A stretch of 64,000 bases of DNA from an uncultured Lachnospiraceae bacterium. GTDB lineage: Bacteria > Bacillota > Clostridia > Lachnospirales > Lachnospiraceae. The stretch is from contig CALWLI010000019.1 in NCBI GenBank assembly GCA_944381485.1, positions 5,411 to 69,410 of the forward strand. The letters are read 5' to 3'. Within the stretch, counting starts at the first letter, position 1; every line of letters starts with the position of its first letter. Of this stretch, positions 35,993 to 46,419 are shown piece by piece. The notes below the pieces were generated by a model. The model had not been told where the DNA came from, did no database searches, and saw only the letters and a list, made by a program, of their open reading frames with translations. Made by a program: the position numbers and the translations under genes.

Positions 35993-37051
35993 ATGAAACT
36001 TTTTACAAGATTGGCTGTCATGTTCATGATATCTACGGTCCTGCCGCTGATACTCATGTATATGACCTTTGTCGGAAAAACAGATTACCAAGCAAACATA
36101 ATTATACTCGTAGCAGCAGGCTTTGTCCTGCTGCTATGGGTATATTCGTCTATATTGAGGCCTTTGGGAGATCTCAAGGATGCCACCAGAAAAATAAGAG
36201 ACGGGAATCTGGATTTCACTCTTGAGCCGGATAACGATGATGAGATAGGACAGCTCACTCAGGATTTTGAGGAGATGAGGATAAGGCTTAAGGAGTCCTC
36301 GGAGGAAAAGCTCAGATCCGACCGGGAGAACAAGGAGCTCATAAGCAATATCGCCCATGATCTCAAGACTCCTATTACAGCCATAAAAGGATACTCAGAG
36401 GGCATAATGGACGGAGTGGCCTCATCCCCTGAAAAGCTTGACAAATATATACGCACTATTTACAACAAGGCCAACGACATGGACAGGCTCATTGACGAGC
36501 TTACCTTCTACTCGAAAATCGACACAAACAGGATACCCTATCATTTCACAAAGCTGAATGTCAGAGAGTACTTTGATGACTGCGCCGAGGAGATAGGCCT
36601 TGACATGGACGGAAAGGGTATAGACTTTGATTACAGGAACAATGTGGACCGGGAGACGATTATAATAGCGGATCCGGAGCAGATGAGAAAAGTCATAAAT
36701 AACATAGTAGGAAACTCGGTCAAATATCTGGATAAGAGCCCGGGACATATAGCCATAAATGTCATGGATATAGGAGACTTTATACAGGTCGATATCGAGG
36801 ACAACGGAAAGGGAATAGCGAAGAAGGACCAGCAGAAGATATTTGAAAGATTTTACAGAACTGACAGCTCAAGAAATTCTTCTCAGGGAGGCTCAGGCAT
36901 AGGGCTTTCCATAGTTAAGAAGATAATAGAGGACCACTCCGGAAGGATATGGGCTTCCGGGGAGGAGGGAAAAGGGACGACAATACACTTTGTCCTCAGA
37001 AAATATGTGGAGGCGATGGCTGATGAAGAAAATACTGATAGTAGAAGATGA
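35993..37051 (+). CDS. sensor histidine kinase (two TM helices with a ~9-aa loop, HAMP, HisKA, HATPase_c)
   Basis: H-box ISNIAHDLKTPITAIKGYSE, N-box NNIVGNSVKY, and G-boxes DNGKGI and GGSGIGLSIV. The start lies 6 nt after the glyQS stop. Confidence 0.88.
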   Translation: MKLFTRLAVMFMISTVLPLILMYMTFVGKTDYQANIIILVAAGFVLLLWVYSSILRPLGDLKDATRKIRDGNLDFTLEPDNDDEIGQLTQDFEEMRIRLKESSEEKLRSDRENKELISNIAHDLKTPITAIKGYSEGIMDGVASSPEKLDKYIRTIYNKANDMDRLIDELTFYSKIDTNRIPYHFTKLNVREYFDDCAEEIGLDMDGKGIDFDYRNNVDRETIIIADPEQMRKVINNIVGNSVKYLDKSPGHIAINVMDIGDFIQVDIEDNGKGIAKKDQQKIFERFYRTDSSRNSSQGGSGIGLSIVKKIIEDHSGRIWASGEEGKGTTIHFVLRKYVEAMADEENTDSRR

Positions 37052-37712
37052 GATTAGCATAGCGGAGCTGGAGAAAGACTACCTTGAGCTCTCGGGATTT
37101 GAGGTCGACATAGAGGAGGACGGAGAGAAGGGACTGGATAGGGCTCTCAAAAATGATTATGACCTCATCATTCTCGACATAATGCTGCCGGGAGTGGACG
37201 GCTATGAGATATGCAAGAGAGTCAGAGAGATAAAAAACACCCCAATACTTATGGTGACAGCAAAGAAGGAAGACATAGACAAGATAAGAGGCCTTGGAAT
37301 GGGAGCGGACGACTACATTACAAAGCCCTTCAGCCCTTCTGAGCTGGTGGCCAGAGTAAAGGCCCATCTCAGCAGATATGAGAGGCTTACAGGAGGCAAC
37401 GAGCACAGAAATGACATCATAGAGATAAGAGGCCTAAAGATAGATAAGACCGCAAGAAGAGTATGGGTAGACGGGGTGGAGAAGCAGTTCACCCAGAAGG
37501 AATTTGAGCTCCTAACCTTTTTGGCGGAGAACCCCAACCACGTATTTACAAAGGAGGAGCTGTTTAAGGAGATCTGGGATATGGACCCTGCAGGAGACAT
37601 AGCCACAGTGACTGTACATATAAAGAAAATAAGAGAGAAGATAGAATTCGACACAGCAAAGCCCCAGTACATAGAGACTATATGGGGCGTAGGCTACAGG
37701 TTCAAGATCTGA
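37023..37712 (+). CDS. OmpR-family response regulator
   Basis: MKKILIVEDE, DLIILDIMLPGVDG and a C-terminal winged helix (TQKEFELLTFL...IETIWGVGYRF). Overlaps the kinase gene by 29 nt. Confidence 0.92.
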   Translation: MKKILIVEDEISIAELEKDYLELSGFEVDIEEDGEKGLDRALKNDYDLIILDIMLPGVDGYEICKRVREIKNTPILMVTAKKEDIDKIRGLGMGADDYITKPFSPSELVARVKAHLSRYERLTGGNEHRNDIIEIRGLKIDKTARRVWVDGVEKQFTQKEFELLTFLAENPNHVFTKEELFKEIWDMDPAGDIATVTVHIKKIREKIEFDTAKPQYIETIWGVGYRFKI

Positions 37713-37731
37713 TGAAAGCTTAAAGAATAAA

Positions 37732-37764
37732 GGCGCTGACCGGAGGGGCAGCGCTTTTACTTTG
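37732..37764 (+). terminator. intrinsic terminator after the two-component system
   Basis: GCGCTG (37733-37738) pairs with CAGCGC (37749-37754), extended by flanking pairs, followed by TTTTACTTT. Confidence 0.55.
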
Positions 37765-37939
37765 CTTATATAAATAAGTAACAATCGAAATTAAAAGTTG
37801 TCAAAATTTTCACTTTATAACCGGCCTGAAATATGCTATTATACTATGTGGCTGTGATGTAAGGCTTATAGCCGCAGACGCCATCACAGTAAAACTGTTT
37901 TAAAAAGTTAAATTAACATATCAAGGAGGAAACAGCGAC

Positions 37940-40576
37940 ATGGCACAGAAATGGGTGTATATGTTCAAAGAGGGAAATGCAGAGATGCGCAACCTCTTAG
38001 GCGGTAAGGGTGCAAACCTTGCAGAGATGACAAACCTCGGTTTGCCCATCCCCCAGGGATTTACAGTTACTACCGAGGCCTGCACAGACTACTATACTCA
38101 GGGAGGAAAGATCTCTGATGAGATTCAGGGACAGATCTTCGAGGCTCTTAAGAAGGTTGAGGAGATCAATGGTAAGAAGTTCGGAGACAATGAAGATCCC
38201 CTTCTTGTTTCTGTTCGTTCAGGAGCCCGTGCATCCATGCCCGGTATGATGGATACTATCCTTAACCTGGGACTTAATGATGTGGCTGTTGAGGGATTCG
38301 CAAAGAAGACAGGAAATCCTCGTTTCGCTTATGATTCATACAGAAGATTCATCCAGATGTTCTCAGACGTTGTTATGGAGATACCCAAGTCCACATTTGA
38401 GAAGATCATAGATGAGGTTAAGGAGCAGAAGGGCGTTAAGTTTGACGTAGATCTTGACGCTGATGACATGAAGACTCTCATCTGCCGCTTCAAGGAGTAC
38501 TACAAGGAGCAGAAGGGAACAGACTTCCCTCAGGATCCCAAGGAGCAGCTTATGGAGGCTGTCAAGGCTGTATTCCGTTCATGGAATAACCCTCGTGCTA
38601 TCGTATATCGTCGTATGAACGACATTCCCGGAGATTGGGGAACAGCCGTAAACGTACAGACCATGGTATTCGGAAACATGGGCAATACATCAGGAACAGG
38701 TGTTGCATTCACACGTAACCCCGCTACAGGATCAACAGGTATCTTCGGTGAGTACCTTATAAATGCTCAGGGTGAGGACGTTGTTGCAGGTGTTCGTACA
38801 CCTCAGCCCATCTCAAAGCTTGAGGAGGATCTCCCCGAGTGCTACAAGCAGTTCGTTGATCTTGCAATGAAGCTTGAAAACCATTACAGAGACATGCAGG
38901 ATATGGAGTTCACCATTCAGGAGGGCAAGCTCTACTTCCTTCAGACACGTAACGGAAAGAGAACAGCTCCCGCTGCAATAAAGATCGCCTGCGACCTTGT
39001 AGACGAAGGAAAGATCACTCCCGAGGAGGCTGTTTGCAGAATAGATGCAAAGTCACTTGACCAGCTTCTTCATCCCACCTTTGATGCGGATGCGCTTAAG
39101 GCAGGAGAGGTTATCGGTTCAGCTCTTCCCGCATCGCCCGGAGCTGCTGCAGGTAAGGTTTACTTCACAGCAGAGGACGCTAAGGCCGCTCACGAGAAGG
39201 GTGAGAGAGTTATCCTTGTAAGACTTGAGACTTCACCTGAGGATATCGAGGGTATGCACGCTTCAGAGGGTATCCTTACAGTTCGCGGAGGAATGACATC
39301 ACACGCAGCCGTTGTTGCTCGTGGAATGGGAACCTGCTGTGTATCAGGATGCGGAGAGATCAAGATCGACGAGGAAGCTAAGTACTTCGAGCTTGGCGGA
39401 CATACCTACCACGAGGGAGATTACATCTCACTTGACGGTTCAACAGGTAAGATCTATGACGGAGATATAAAGACAAAGGCAGCTACCGTGGGCGGAGACT
39501 TCAAGCGCATCATGGATTGGGCTGATAAATACAGAGAGCTTGGCGTTCGCACAAATGCCGACACACCTAAGGACACAGCAAATGCTGTAAACCTTGGAGC
39601 AGAGGGTATAGGACTTTGCCGTACAGAGCATATGTTCTTCGAGCCCGACAGAATACCCAAGATCAGAAAGATGATCCTTTCAGAGACTGTAGAGGCCCGC
39701 GAGGAGGCTCTCAATGAGCTCCTTCCTTTCCAGAAGGGCGACTTCAAGGCAATGTACAAGGCTCTTGAGGGAAGGCCTATGACAGTAAGATACATCGATC
39801 CGCCTCTTCACGAGTTCGTTCCCAAGACAGATGAGGAGATCGCTGATCTTGCAAAGGATATGGGACTTACTGTTGAGCATGTAAAGGCAGTTTGCGACAG
39901 CCTTCACGAGTTCAACCCTATGATGGGACATCGTGGATGCCGTCTTGCTGTTACCTATCCCGAGATAGCTAAGATGCAGACCAGAGCTATCATGGAGGCA
40001 GCTATAGAGGTTCACGAGGAGGATGGATTTGACATCGTTCCCGAGCTCATGGTTCCCCTCGTAGGAGACAAGAAGGAGCTTAAGTTCGTTAAGGACGTTA
40101 TCGTTGAGACAGCTGAGGCTGTTAAGAAGGAGAAGGGCTCTGACATGCACTACAAGGTTGGTACTATGATAGAGATCCCTCGTGCCGCTCTTATGGCAGG
40201 CGAGATCGCTGAGGAGGCTGAGTTCTTCTCATTCGGTACAAACGACCTTACACAGATGACCTTCGGATTCTCACGTGACGACGCAGGAAAGTTCCTTGAC
40301 GCTTACTACAGCTCAAAGATCTATGAGTTTGATCCCTTCGCAAAGCTTGATCAGGCAGGCGTAGGACAGCTGGTTGAGATGGCTGTTAAGAACGGACGCG
40401 CTACCAGAGCCGACCTTAAGTGCGGTATCTGCGGAGAGCACGGCGGAGATCCTTCAACTGTAGAGTTCTGTGACAAGGTAGGTCTTAACTACGTATCTTG
40501 CTCACCTTTCAGAGTGCCCATTGCAAGACTTGCAGCAGCACAGGCAGCTCTTCACAGAAAGGGAATAGTTAAGTAA
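37940..40576 (+). CDS. ppdK: pyruvate, phosphate dikinase
   Basis: 878 aa. GGKGANLAEM, phospho-His loop GGMTSHAAVVARGMG, PEP-utilising TIM-barrel motifs GLCRTEHMF and FFSFGTNDLTQ. Confidence 0.96.
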   Translation: MAQKWVYMFKEGNAEMRNLLGGKGANLAEMTNLGLPIPQGFTVTTEACTDYYTQGGKISDEIQGQIFEALKKVEEINGKKFGDNEDPLLVSVRSGARASMPGMMDTILNLGLNDVAVEGFAKKTGNPRFAYDSYRRFIQMFSDVVMEIPKSTFEKIIDEVKEQKGVKFDVDLDADDMKTLICRFKEYYKEQKGTDFPQDPKEQLMEAVKAVFRSWNNPRAIVYRRMNDIPGDWGTAVNVQTMVFGNMGNTSGTGVAFTRNPATGSTGIFGEYLINAQGEDVVAGVRTPQPISKLEEDLPECYKQFVDLAMKLENHYRDMQDMEFTIQEGKLYFLQTRNGKRTAPAAIKIACDLVDEGKITPEEAVCRIDAKSLDQLLHPTFDADALKAGEVIGSALPASPGAAAGKVYFTAEDAKAAHEKGERVILVRLETSPEDIEGMHASEGILTVRGGMTSHAAVVARGMGTCCVSGCGEIKIDEEAKYFELGGHTYHEGDYISLDGSTGKIYDGDIKTKAATVGGDFKRIMDWADKYRELGVRTNADTPKDTANAVNLGAEGIGLCRTEHMFFEPDRIPKIRKMILSETVEAREEALNELLPFQKGDFKAMYKALEGRPMTVRYIDPPLHEFVPKTDEEIADLAKDMGLTVEHVKAVCDSLHEFNPMMGHRGCRLAVTYPEIAKMQTRAIMEAAIEVHEEDGFDIVPELMVPLVGDKKELKFVKDVIVETAEAVKKEKGSDMHYKVGTMIEIPRAALMAGEIAEEAEFFSFGTNDLTQMTFGFSRDDAGKFLDAYYSSKIYEFDPFAKLDQAGVGQLVEMAVKNGRATRADLKCGICGEHGGDPSTVEFCDKVGLNYVSCSPFRVPIARLAAAQAALHRKGIVK

Positions 40577-40592
40577 TTTAACTGAACATATT

Positions 40593-40628
40593 AAAGGCAT
40601 ATCACCTTCGGGCGGTATGCCTTTTTTG
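40593..40628 (+). terminator. intrinsic terminator of ppdK
   Basis: AAAGGCATA (40593-40601) pairs with TATGCCTTT (40616-40624), followed by TTTTGTA. Confidence 0.75.
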
Positions 40629-40723
40629 TATAAATTAAAAAGAATCGTTGCAGAAACCACAGAAAAACCGGTAGAAGAGATATATAATAAAGATGCAAGC
40701 TGAAACAGGACAGCAGTTGTTAC

Positions 40724-40752
40724 TTGATTAAGTATTACGGAAGCGGTATTAT
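40724..40752 (+). promoter_or_regulatory. putative sigma-A promoter of eno
   Basis: TTGATT 40724-40729, 17-nt spacer, TATTAT 40747-40752. Confidence 0.4.
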
Positions 40753-40766
40753 ATAAATAGAGTTAG

Positions 40767-42107
<1,341 letters not shown>

Positions 42108-42129
42108 AAGTCTTCAGAAAGGAAGCAAT

Positions 42130-43074
42130 ATGATAAATACAGGTAAGGCTGCAGTTATAGGCTGCGGATTTGTGGGGGCATCTATAGCATTTGCCCTTAT
42201 GCAGAAGAGACTTTTTTCAGAGCTGGTACTCATTGACTCTAATGCCGAGAAGGCCGAGGGGGAGGCCATGGACCTCTCGGATGGCCTTCCCTATGCAGGG
42301 ACCATGGACATACATGCAGGCTCCTATGACGAGCTGTCAGACTGTGCCTTGGCCATCATAACTGCGGGAGCAAACCAAAAGCCGGGGGAGACAAGGCTTG
42401 ATCTTATAGACAAGAATGTGGCAATACTTAAATCTGTTATTCCTGAGATCACAAAGAGTGATTTTAAAGGAATACTTATGATAGTATCTAATCCTGTGGA
42501 TGTTCTGACCTACGCCGCATATAAGATATCAGGCTTTCCCGCCCACAGAGTCATAGGCTCAGGTACAGTCCTTGACACAGCCAGGCTGAAGCAGCTTCTT
42601 TCCGAGCATTTGAAGGTGAACTCGGGAAGCGTTCACGCCGTAATAATCGGAGAGCACGGTGACAGTGAGCTGGCGGTGTGGAGCGGAGCCAATGTTTCGG
42701 GGATAGACCTCAACCATTTTTGTGAGCTGAGAGGACATCATGATCACAAGAGAGCCATGCAGCTCATATATGAGGGCGTGAGAGACAGCGCCTACGAGAT
42801 CATAAAGAGAAAGGGAGCCACCTACTATGGCATAGCAATGGCGGTGTCCAGGATCTCGGAGAGCATAATGAAGGACGAGCACTCTGTGCTTCCTGTCTCA
42901 GTAGTCTTAAAGGGAGAGTACGGTATATCTGATATTTGTCTCAGCATACCCTCGATAGTGGGGAAGGCAGGCATAGAGAGCGTCTTGGAGATCCCCCTTG
43001 CCGAGGAGGAGAAGAAAGCTCTTTTGAATTCGGCAGAGAGGATAAAAGAGGTGACGGATAGGCTTAAGCTTTAA
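42130..43074 (+). CDS. ldh: L-lactate dehydrogenase
   Basis: NAD fold AVIGCGFVGASIAFAL, DxxD/GANQKPGETRLDL, IGEHGDSE and catalytic-region SNPVD. 314 aa. Confidence 0.92.
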   Translation: MINTGKAAVIGCGFVGASIAFALMQKRLFSELVLIDSNAEKAEGEAMDLSDGLPYAGTMDIHAGSYDELSDCALAIITAGANQKPGETRLDLIDKNVAILKSVIPEITKSDFKGILMIVSNPVDVLTYAAYKISGFPAHRVIGSGTVLDTARLKQLLSEHLKVNSGSVHAVIIGEHGDSELAVWSGANVSGIDLNHFCELRGHHDHKRAMQLIYEGVRDSAYEIIKRKGATYYGIAMAVSRISESIMKDEHSVLPVSVVLKGEYGISDICLSIPSIVGKAGIESVLEIPLAEEEKKALLNSAERIKEVTDRLKL

Positions 43075-43213
43075 GTCCTAAAAAAGGACTTTAAAAATAA
43101 AAACAAGGAATTTCGTTTTCCCTCTTTCCGTTTTTAGGAATAATAAATATAATGTTTGAGAGAACGAGAGTTTATAAGGCATAATTTCATCAGGAGCATG
43201 GACAGTGGAGAAA

Positions 43214-43366
43214 ATGAATTCAAAGAAGAGAGCGGGATCATTTATCAGGTACATCGTGCTTGCGGTCTCACTGATAATGATATTTGTGGGAACAAGGACC
43301 GGAGAGATCATGACTGTATTTCAAAAGGCTGCCTATATCTGCCTTGAATGCATAGGGATAGGGTAG
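43214..43366 (+). CDS. 50-aa membrane microprotein with C-terminal CxxC (ICLECIGIG); resembles the CD1871A-type CXXC small proteins (recalled from memory)
   Basis: Not in the ORF track because it is under 60 aa. GGAG at 43207-43210, ATG at 43214. Encodes MNSKKRAGSFIRYIVLAVSLIMIFVGTRTGEIMTVFQKAAYICLECIGIG, with TAG at 43364-43366. One TM helix followed by CLEC. Confidence 0.6.
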   Translation: MNSKKRAGSFIRYIVLAVSLIMIFVGTRTGEIMTVFQKAAYICLECIGIG

Positions 43367-43374
43367 GTGGAGCT

Positions 43375-44265
43375 GTGAACAGGATAAGACTTTTATTTCA
43401 GGCCCTGTGGTTCGCCATAACCAACGGATATGTGAGAGGATTTATCGAAGGAAAGATATATCAGGGGGAGACGAAGAAGCTCTGTGTCCCGGGACTTAAC
43501 TGTTATTCATGCCCGGGAGCGCGATTTGCCTGTCCCATAGGCTCACTGCAGGCGGTGCTGGATTCGGGACAGTACAAGTTAAGCCTCTATGCCCTCGGAT
43601 TTATGGCGGCCTTCGGAGTACTTTTGGGAAGATTTGTATGTGGCTGGCTTTGCCCCTTCGGCTTGGTTCAGGATCTTCTTCACAGGATACCTGTCGGAAA
43701 GATGAAAAAGAAAAAGAACCTTCCGGGGCACAGGTACCTCATATACCTCAAATATTTGATACTGGCGCTTTTTGTAGTCATACTGCCCATGACTGTTACC
43801 AACTTTATGGGTATGGGTGATCCCTGGTTCTGCAAATATATTTGCCCGAGCGGTACACTTATGGCGGGCTTCCCCATGCTTCTTATGAATGAACCGCTGA
43901 GAGCCGCTGTAGGTATACTGTTTTCCTGGAAGACCTTTATACTCCTCCTTGTGGCTGTGCTTTCCATAGGCTTTTACAGGCCCTTTTGCAAGTATCTCTG
44001 CCCTCTGGGAGCCTTCTACGGCTTCTTCAATAAATTTGCCTTTTACAGATTTAATGTGGACGAGGAAAAATGCATACGCTGCGGTAAATGCCAAGCTGTA
44101 TGTGGAATGGATATAAAGACTTGGGAAGCTCCCAACAGCATGGAGTGCATACGCTGCGGAGACTGCAAGGCTGCCTGTCCTACAGATGCCATAACTTCAA
44201 GCTTGGAGAAACTCATCAGAGATGTGAAGGCGAGAGGCTCATCTGCTGACGGCGAAAAGATCTGA
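43375..44265 (+). CDS. integral-membrane 4Fe-4S polyferredoxin (COG0348, NapH/MauN-like)
   Basis: Membrane-embedded Cys motifs CYSCPGARFACPIG, CGWLCPFG, CKYICPSG and CKYLCPLG, plus a C-terminal 2x[4Fe-4S] ferredoxin (CIRCGKCQAVC, CIRCGDCKAACP). GTG 43375 is preferred over ORF-track ATG 43348, which overlaps the microprotein ORF; the start is uncertain. Confidence 0.8.
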   Translation: MNRIRLLFQALWFAITNGYVRGFIEGKIYQGETKKLCVPGLNCYSCPGARFACPIGSLQAVLDSGQYKLSLYALGFMAAFGVLLGRFVCGWLCPFGLVQDLLHRIPVGKMKKKKNLPGHRYLIYLKYLILALFVVILPMTVTNFMGMGDPWFCKYICPSGTLMAGFPMLLMNEPLRAAVGILFSWKTFILLLVAVLSIGFYRPFCKYLCPLGAFYGFFNKFAFYRFNVDEEKCIRCGKCQAVCGMDIKTWEAPNSMECIRCGDCKAACPTDAITSSLEKLIRDVKARGSSADGEKI

Positions 44266-44281
44266 AAAAAATAAATAAAGT

Positions 44282-44345
44282 CCGGCTTTTGAACCGGCCC
44301 CCGATCGTCAGATTTTCGGTCTGACTTTTGGGGGCCGTCTCTTTT
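44282..44345. terminator. bidirectional intrinsic terminator between convergent operons
   Basis: GGCCCCC (44296-44302) pairs with GGGGGCC (44330-44336). Inner helix GTCAGA/TCTGAC. A-rich on the left and T-rich on the right. Confidence 0.7.
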
Positions 44346-45312
44346 AAAAGCCGGGTCTTATTTTTGTCTGCCTCTTATAATCTTTCAGGAGAAGCTTTCT
44401 CAGCTCGTTTTTGTTTATGTCCTTCCCTATAAATACGGCCTTAGACGTGTTTTCTGTGCCTGTATCCGCAGCTGTAATGCTGTACCTCTCTGATGCCACA
44501 TCATATCTCAAAAGCTCATCTCCTGCCATTATCGTCCCCTTGGAACGGCATATGTTTCCGTAATTCCCTCTGATGATATCTTCCATGAGCATTATCGCCT
44601 CAACCGGAGAGGAAAGCTGTATATTTCCTAAAGAGAAGCTGTTGAGGGAGGGAGGGGAGGAGGGCAGAGATTTGATCCTCTCTCCGGAGAGTGCAGTGGA
44701 GAGTAAAGCCTCCCACCATTCTTCTCCCATACTGCTGTAGTGCTCAAAAAGTATTTTGCAGGAGGCATTGAGCTTTCTTACCTCCGAATAAAGCCTTTCT
44801 TTCTCGGCTTCGTATGAGGGATCCGCTTTGGAGAAGATGACCTGTCCTGCCGACCTTATCTGATCTGAAAATATTTCTCTGTATTCCCTCATATATCGGT
44901 CGAAGGAATAGGCGTCAACTATGGCCACAGGGGAGAGCAGGGAAATGTGCTCATAGGATATCTGAAGTATGTTGTTTATCACATTTGAGAGCATGCCTAC
45001 TCCCGTGGGCTCAACTATCAGGTATTCCGGGTCCAAGCTGTTTGATATGGTGAGTACGGAGGAGGCAAAATCCGACTTTCCGGAGCAGCAGATACAACCC
45101 TCTGTAAGCTCACGTATATCAGGCTTTTTTGGGAGAGGGGAAGAGGAAGCGGAGAGACCCGAAGCTTCCTCTCTCAGGATATCCCCGTCTATACCCACCT
45201 CCCCGTACTCGTTTTCCATGATCACAAGATCTTTTTTGCTCTTCCTTATAAGCTCCTTTATGAAGGTGGTCTTACCTGCGCCCAGAAAGCCTGAGACTAT
45301 CAATACCTTCAA
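44344..45312 (-). CDS. COG0523 / CobW-family G3E GTPase (putative metallochaperone)
   Basis: TTG start 6 nt after GAGGAG. GFLGAGKTTF (Walker A), ENEYGEVGIDG, canonical metal motif EGCICCS, EPTGVG (Walker B), SKAD. Begins 13 nt after the ADH stop. Confidence 0.88.
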   Translation of the reverse strand: MKVLIVSGFLGAGKTTFIKELIRKSKKDLVIMENEYGEVGIDGDILREEASGLSASSSPLPKKPDIRELTEGCICCSGKSDFASSVLTISNSLDPEYLIVEPTGVGMLSNVINNILQISYEHISLLSPVAIVDAYSFDRYMREYREIFSDQIRSAGQVIFSKADPSYEAEKERLYSEVRKLNASCKILFEHYSSMGEEWWEALLSTALSGERIKSLPSSPPSLNSFSLGNIQLSSPVEAIMLMEDIIRGNYGNICRSKGTIMAGDELLRYDVASERYSITAADTGTENTSKAVFIGKDINKNELRKLLLKDYKRQTKIRPGF

Positions 45313-45325
45313 ATTTTACTCCTCT

Positions 45326-46387
45326 TTAATCCTCGATCTTTACAACGGGCTTAATGAGATCCTTGGGCTTGTCTCTCATCATAAAGAGAGCCTCCTCAAG
45401 ATGATCCCAACCGTCAAATACATGGCTTACAAGGGGATGGACATCCAGCTTTCCTGCTGAGACGAGGGCACCCAGCTTTTCCATGCGAAGTCTTCCTCCC
45501 GGCATCAGCCCTCCGTTTATCTGCTTGTGGCCCATTCCCACTCCCCATTCAACACGGGGGATATTCACATAGGTGCCGCTTCCCAAATAGTTGACGTTTC
45601 CTATCTTTCCTCCGGGCTTTAAAGCTTTGACAGCAGACTCGAAGGTCTCACAGCCTCCTCCTGCTATTATCACCTTGTCTACACCCTTTCCGTTTGTCAT
45701 CTCAAGGACCTGATCCTCAATGCTTCCGTTTTTGTAGCTGACGAAATCAACAGCACCATAGCCCTTTGCAGCCTCTACGCAGGCGGGCCTTGTGCCGACA
45801 GCGATTATTCTTGAGGCTCCTCTGAGATCTGCTCCCGCAACAGCCATAAGGCCTACAGGGCCTATACCTATTACAAGAACAGTGTCACCGAACTGAACGT
45901 CTGCAAGCTCTACACCGTGAAAGCCGGTGGGGACCATGTCCGAAAGCATGCAGGCATCTGTGGGAGAGATATTTGAGGGCAGTAATGCCAAATTTCCGTC
46001 CGCATCGTTTACATGGAAAAACTCTGAGAAAACTCCGTCCTTAAAATTGGAAAACTTCCAGCCTGCAAGCATTCCGCCTGAATGCATTGAATAGCCGGCC
46101 TGAGCCTCAAGAGAGTTCCAGTCAGGAGTTATTGCGGGTACAAGGACGCGATCTCCGGGCTTGAAGTCTTTTACCATAGAACCGACTTCCACCACTTCAG
46201 CGCAGCATTCATGTCCCAGTATCATGTTGTGGCGATCACCGATAGCTCCCTCCCAGAGAGTGTGCACATCAGAGGTGCATATTGCGACAGCCAGAGGCTT
46301 GCATATTGCATCCATGGGACCGCAGGCGGGTCTTTCCTTCTCGATCCATCCGGATTCGCCTATCCTTAGCATTGCGTAACCTTTCAT
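45326..46387 (-). CDS. adh: NADP-dependent zinc secondary-alcohol (isopropanol-type) dehydrogenase, TbADH/CbADH-like
   Basis: MKGYAMLRIGESGWIEKERP...AICTSDVHT...GHECCAEVVEVG...GMLAGWKFSNFKDGVFSEFFHVNDAD...LSDMVPTGFHG...MRDKPKDLIKPVV is closely collinear with my recollection of the Clostridium beijerinckii and Thermoanaerobacter brockii enzymes. Zn ligands Cys, His and Asp are conserved. ATG 46387 follows GGAGG. Confidence 0.92.
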   Translation of the reverse strand: MKGYAMLRIGESGWIEKERPACGPMDAICKPLAVAICTSDVHTLWEGAIGDRHNMILGHECCAEVVEVGSMVKDFKPGDRVLVPAITPDWNSLEAQAGYSMHSGGMLAGWKFSNFKDGVFSEFFHVNDADGNLALLPSNISPTDACMLSDMVPTGFHGVELADVQFGDTVLVIGIGPVGLMAVAGADLRGASRIIAVGTRPACVEAAKGYGAVDFVSYKNGSIEDQVLEMTNGKGVDKVIIAGGGCETFESAVKALKPGGKIGNVNYLGSGTYVNIPRVEWGVGMGHKQINGGLMPGGRLRMEKLGALVSAGKLDVHPLVSHVFDGWDHLEEALFMMRDKPKDLIKPVVKIED

Positions 46388-46419
46388 TGTGTAGAACCTC
46401 CTTTTATTATTGTAAGAAA

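Noticed and set aside
37852-37889. 8-bp stem CTGTGATG / CATCACAG in the ppdK 5' leader, considered as a riboswitch or attenuator.
   Set aside because: No adjacent U-tract, no alternative pairing and no similarity to any riboswitch class I can recall. It is probably just leader secondary structure.
43073-43091. Hairpin AAGTCCT-AAAAA-AGGACTT right after ldh, as a possible terminator.
   Set aside because: It has only a 7-bp stem with an A-rich loop and no downstream U-tract on the plus strand. The evidence is too weak to call.
43156-43347. 63-aa ORF from the ORF track upstream of the polyferredoxin gene.
   Set aside because: It has no SD and a non-protein-like sequence. The overlapping frame starting at 43214 has an SD, a TM helix and a conserved-looking CxxC terminus, and is preferred.
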